Assembly: GCA_040752415.1 (NCBI GenBank)
Contig: JBFMGU010000202.1
Location: 1 to 19,434 of the forward strand
Direction of reading: 5' to 3'
Origin: Myxococcota bacterium
GTDB lineage: Bacteria > Myxococcota > JACRCW01
DNA length: 19,434 bases
Part shown: positions 16,623-19,434 of the stretch, one piece after another
Numbering within the stretch: the first letter of the stretch is position 1
Layout of the letters: each line of letters begins with the position of its first letter
Position numbers and translations under genes: made by a program
The notes under the pieces: generated by a model
What the model saw: the letters and a program-made list of their open reading frames with translations, nothing else
What the model was told of the DNA's origin: nothing
Databases searched by the model: none

Positions 16623-17123
16623 TCAACGCTTGCGACGCGCGTGGTCGGCGCGGGAGCGCGGCACGAAGATGCCCTCCTCCCCACTCCACAACTCGTGGCG
16701 GAGGCGCGCGCGACGCGTGGGGCCCTCCTCCTCCACGTTGCCCATCCACTTCTCCCCCGTCCACGCCCCCAGCAGCGCCAGCACAAACGCAATGCCGCCA
16801 CCCCACAACAGCTTGTCCAGGGAGAAATGCAGGAACGCGGCGGGCAGGAAGACCGACATCAGCATGGTGAGCGCCACCGCGATCACCGCGCCCACCGCCG
16901 GCTCCACCAGGCGCACGCCCGGCGAGAGCACCCCCACCAGGATCCCGCCGAGGAAGAAGCTGGCCAGGTGCAACACCGTCATCATCCGCATGTGCAGCAT
17001 GGGTGACAGGTAGCGGCCCGCCACCACCGGCCCCAGGTAGCCCCCCAGCGCCAGCTCGACGACGGTGTAGAGCACCACGCTGGCAACACACCACACCGTG
17101 GAGAAGGGTCGGGACGCGGACAT
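16623..17123 (-). CDS. Hypothetical integral membrane protein (about 4 TM helices)
   Basis: Four hydrophobic segments, 'SPGVRLVEPAVGA' loop, basic C-tail; GGGAGG SD upstream. Confidence 0.8.
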   Translation of the reverse strand: MSASRPFSTVWCVASVVLYTVVELALGGYLGPVVAGRYLSPMLHMRMMTVLHLASFFLGGILVGVLSPGVRLVEPAVGAVIAVALTMLMSVFLPAAFLHFSLDKLLWGGGIAFVLALLGAWTGEKWMGNVEEEGPTRRARLRHELWSGEEGIFVPRSRADHARRKR

Positions 17124-17226
17124 GGGGACCTCCCGCGCGCGAGACTACGCGGCCGGCTGCCGCACGTGCGAGCCCACCCGGCACCATGGCGGCGGGCTTT
17201 CCGTCGGGGCGGGAGCGGCCTGTGCG

Positions 17227-17448
17227 TCAGTGGCCGTGGATGGCGTGGTAGATGGCCTCCCGCGCACGCACCTTGCGCGCCGCCGCGGCGAACTCCGAGG
17301 CGGTCAGCGGCCGCGGGGTCTCCGCGCGTCCATCCAGCAGGTCGCGAACCGCACGGTTCACCAGCTCGGACAGCGCACGGTCCTGCCGCGCCGCCTCCGC
17401 CACCAGTTCACATGCAAGCGCAGGTTCCAGGAGCACGGAGATCTTCAT
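17227..17448 (-). CDS. Small CopG/ribbon-helix-helix DNA-binding protein
   Basis: 73 aa from the ATG at 17448: MKISVLLEPALACELVAEAARQDRALSELVNRAVRDLL, a strand-helix-helix pattern with the 'S.L...A' motif. Confidence 0.7.
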   Translation of the reverse strand: MKISVLLEPALACELVAEAARQDRALSELVNRAVRDLLDGRAETPRPLTASEFAAAARKVRAREAIYHAIHGH

Positions 17449-17601
17449 GCGCGCTGCCTTAGAAAGTGGCCCCCACGTCGGCAACCCGGCAGGCGGGACC
17501 GCTCCGTCCCCGTCCGAGTCCACGTCGTGACGGCGGGGTGGAGCCGGGAGCCCCGCCTCCATAAGTAAGACACGCCCGTTCCTGGGCTTCAGGAGGATTT
17601 C

Positions 17602-17871
17602 ATGCGAGGCAACAACGTCCTGGGCGTGATTGCGCTCGTGCTTGCGATCATTGGTGCGGTGAACTGGGGCCTCATCGGCTTCTTCAACTTCAACGTGGTG
17701 GACGCCATCTTCGGCGGTGGCGCGCAGGAGGAGACCAGCCAGATCAGCCGCGTGTTCTACGCCATCGTCGGGCTGGCGGGCATTGTCTCGTTGTTCTTCC
17801 TGCCGCGGCCCACCACCACCGAGAAGACCACCCGCTACGCCGGTGGCGGCACCCCGGCGACCGGTCACTGA
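17602..17871 (+). CDS. DUF378 family small membrane protein
   Basis: 'LAIIGAVNWGLIGFFNFNVVDAIFG...SRVFYAIVGLAG'; AGGAGG SD. Confidence 0.9.
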   Translation: MRGNNVLGVIALVLAIIGAVNWGLIGFFNFNVVDAIFGGGAQEETSQISRVFYAIVGLAGIVSLFFLPRPTTTEKTTRYAGGGTPATGH

Positions 17872-17955
17872 GCCAACCCAAGCGAGGCCGCGGCGCTCCC
17901 TCCGCGGCGGACCCGGGCGGCCCCGGATGATGTGCCACGGGCTGGCCCGGGTCTC

Positions 17956-18915
17956 CTATTGCGGTCGCAGCGCCATCCACCACGCGCCCCCCACCAGCCC
18001 CACCGCCACCGCCAGGGTCAGCGCGCTCCAGACCCGCCAGCGCCACACCCCGCTGCTCCGCGTGCGGACGGGCGCCAGCAGCCCGATGGGCGCTCCGGAG
18101 AAGAATCCCGCCAGGTGCGCCACCACGTCGGAGTTCTCCCCGAACCCCAGCAGGGAAAGCAGCGCCAGCACCCCGCCCGCCCCCATCAGCCAGCGGTTGG
18201 CGCCAATCCGGCTCTCCCGCATCCGCGCGCTGAGCACCCCCAGCACGCAGCACAGCCCGAACACCCCGCCGGAAGCTCCCACGTTGGAGAATCCCGGACC
18301 GTGGAACGCCGCCGTCACCACGTTGCCCACCGCGCCGCAGAGCACCAGCGTCAACACCGTCACCCCCACGCCCAGCCGGTGGATCACCGTGGGTGCCATC
18401 ACCACGAAGAACAGGACGTTGCTGAGCAGGTGCGCCGCGTCGGCGTGCAACGTCACCGCGGTGATGAGCCGGTGGTGCTCCCCCGCGAACACCGCGCCGG
18501 CATCCATCAGCCCACGCGCCATGGCCCGGCTCAACTCCTCCTGGCCCATGCCGGTGCGCGGCCCCGCCCACGTGCTGATGGCAATGATACCAAAGGCCAC
18601 CAGCTCCGCCTGCAGGATGGCCCAGCGCGGCAGCCGCTCCACCCGGCGCCGCCGCGCCTGCTCCTCAAGGCCCTGCGCATGCTCGCGGTCGACCTCCGTC
18701 AGCGTGTGGCGCGCCCGCCCCTCGTCGACGTCCCGGACCACCACCAGCCTGCCCCAACCCGTCTCCGCAGGCATGACCTGGTGGGGAATCCCCAACGCCA
18801 GCAGCGCCAGCGTCCAGCGGTTGAGCTGGGCGTCGTCCTCGGTGGTGGCCACGGTCACCAGCACCGGGTGGTACCCGTTCCCGCCCGCCTTCCCGTTGCC
18901 CTCCGCCTCGGACAT
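17956..18915 (-). CDS. Rhomboid family intramembrane serine protease with N-terminal soluble domain
   Basis: 'RLITAVTLHADAAHLLSN', catalytic 'VGASGGVFG', 'AHLAGFFSG'. Start taken at MSEAEG (18915); the longer ORF upstream lacks coding character. Confidence 0.9.
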   Translation of the reverse strand: MSEAEGNGKAGGNGYHPVLVTVATTEDDAQLNRWTLALLALGIPHQVMPAETGWGRLVVVRDVDEGRARHTLTEVDREHAQGLEEQARRRRVERLPRWAILQAELVAFGIIAISTWAGPRTGMGQEELSRAMARGLMDAGAVFAGEHHRLITAVTLHADAAHLLSNVLFFVVMAPTVIHRLGVGVTVLTLVLCGAVGNVVTAAFHGPGFSNVGASGGVFGLCCVLGVLSARMRESRIGANRWLMGAGGVLALLSLLGFGENSDVVAHLAGFFSGAPIGLLAPVRTRSSGVWRWRVWSALTLAVAVGLVGGAWWMALRPQ

Positions 18916-19216
18916 GGCGCAGCAGGCTAGGCACTGGCTCCGGCGCGCGCCAGGGGTTGATCCCGGAGCCACGGGCTCGTCGGGAAACGCGGATGGGGAA
19001 GCCGGGTGAACCCATGCTGGAATCACCCATGCGCCAGCCCGCTGGCTCAGGCGCAGCCGTCCCGTTCGTCGCTGACCGCTCATCATGGGCGACCAGCGCG
19101 CGAATGGTGAGCCATGCGGCACCACCCCGTGATTTCGTTGAGCGGTCGACGACGCCGCATCGCGCAGGAGCCGCCGGGGACCCGCCGTCGTGGAGGAAGC
19201 GGGAACGCGTGACGGG

Positions 19217-19253
19217 TGTCCGGATTTCAGTCACCCTGTCTGGAAATCAGACA
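19217..19253. promoter_or_regulatory. Tandem palindromic sites, candidate enhancer (bEBP-binding) elements
   Basis: TGTCCGGATTTCAGTCA (19217-19233) and TGTCTGGAAATCAGACA (19237-19253), offset by 20 bp. The second lies within the perfect dyad CCTGTCTG-N5-CAGACAGG. Confidence 0.6.
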
Positions 19254-19295
19254 GGTCCGGACCGTCTTCCCACCCGATTTCCGTCGAGAAGTGGG

Positions 19296-19312
19296 TTGGC
19301 ATTGCGCGTGCT
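19296..19312 (+). promoter_or_regulatory. Sigma-54 (-24/-12) promoter
   Basis: TTGGCATTGCGCGTGCT: GG-N10-GC with TGGCA and TGCT, in non-coding DNA downstream of the tandem dyads. Confidence 0.65.
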
Positions 19313-19416
19313 CTGCGCTCACACGCCCCCCCGGCCCCAAGAACAAACCAGCCAGGCGGCGTGGCCACAATGCCTGGCTGGGGGGCTAAGAGACAGTGGG
19401 GGTTGGCACGGAGATA

Positions 19417-19433
19417 AGCACCGGAATTGCCAG
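19417..19433 (-). promoter_or_regulatory. Second, opposing sigma-54-like motif
   Basis: The minus strand reads CTGGCAATTCCGGTGCT (GG-N10-GC). Confidence 0.4.
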
Positions 19434-19434
19434 A

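Noticed and set aside
18916..19125. Extended N-terminus of the rhomboid ORF
   Set aside because: Poor codon bias and no protein-like composition; the start at 18915 is preferred.
1..19434. Defence system, prophage or mobile-element genes
   Set aside because: No nuclease, reverse transcriptase, integrase, transposase or phage structural motifs recognised.

Overview
High-GC bacterial DNA, most likely Myxococcota (inferred from the PDAA- and Ser-rich lipoprotein linkers, a tandem-PilZ protein and sigma-54-type motifs). It holds about 18 intact CDSs of mixed accessory and housekeeping type: a universal stress protein, a four-EF-hand protein, a lipoprotein GH31 alpha-glucosidase with a CBM20-like tail, a hotdog-fold protein, enoyl-CoA hydratase, MsrB, an HPD-less DnaJ-like protein, an alpha/beta hydrolase, a PilZ/Zn-ribbon protein, a cupredoxin lipoprotein beside a beta-propeller/di-heme cytochrome c lipoprotein, a degenerate Nudix protein, an S8 protease, an RHH protein, DUF378 and a rhomboid protease. 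I see no rRNA, tRNA, CRISPR array, transposase or integrase. The most notable unexplained structures are: (i) an ~89-bp, internally cloverleaf-like repeat present as a long inverted pair, plus a decayed third copy, between msrB and the DnaJ-like gene; (ii) the cupredoxin + propeller/di-heme cytochrome pair, with an SD-occluding stem between them; (iii) a densely structured 295-bp intergenic region at 5.2-5.5 kb; (iv) a sigma-54 promoter with tandem enhancer-like sites and an opposing sigma-54 motif at the right end. All calls come from reading motifs by eye; no searches were run.
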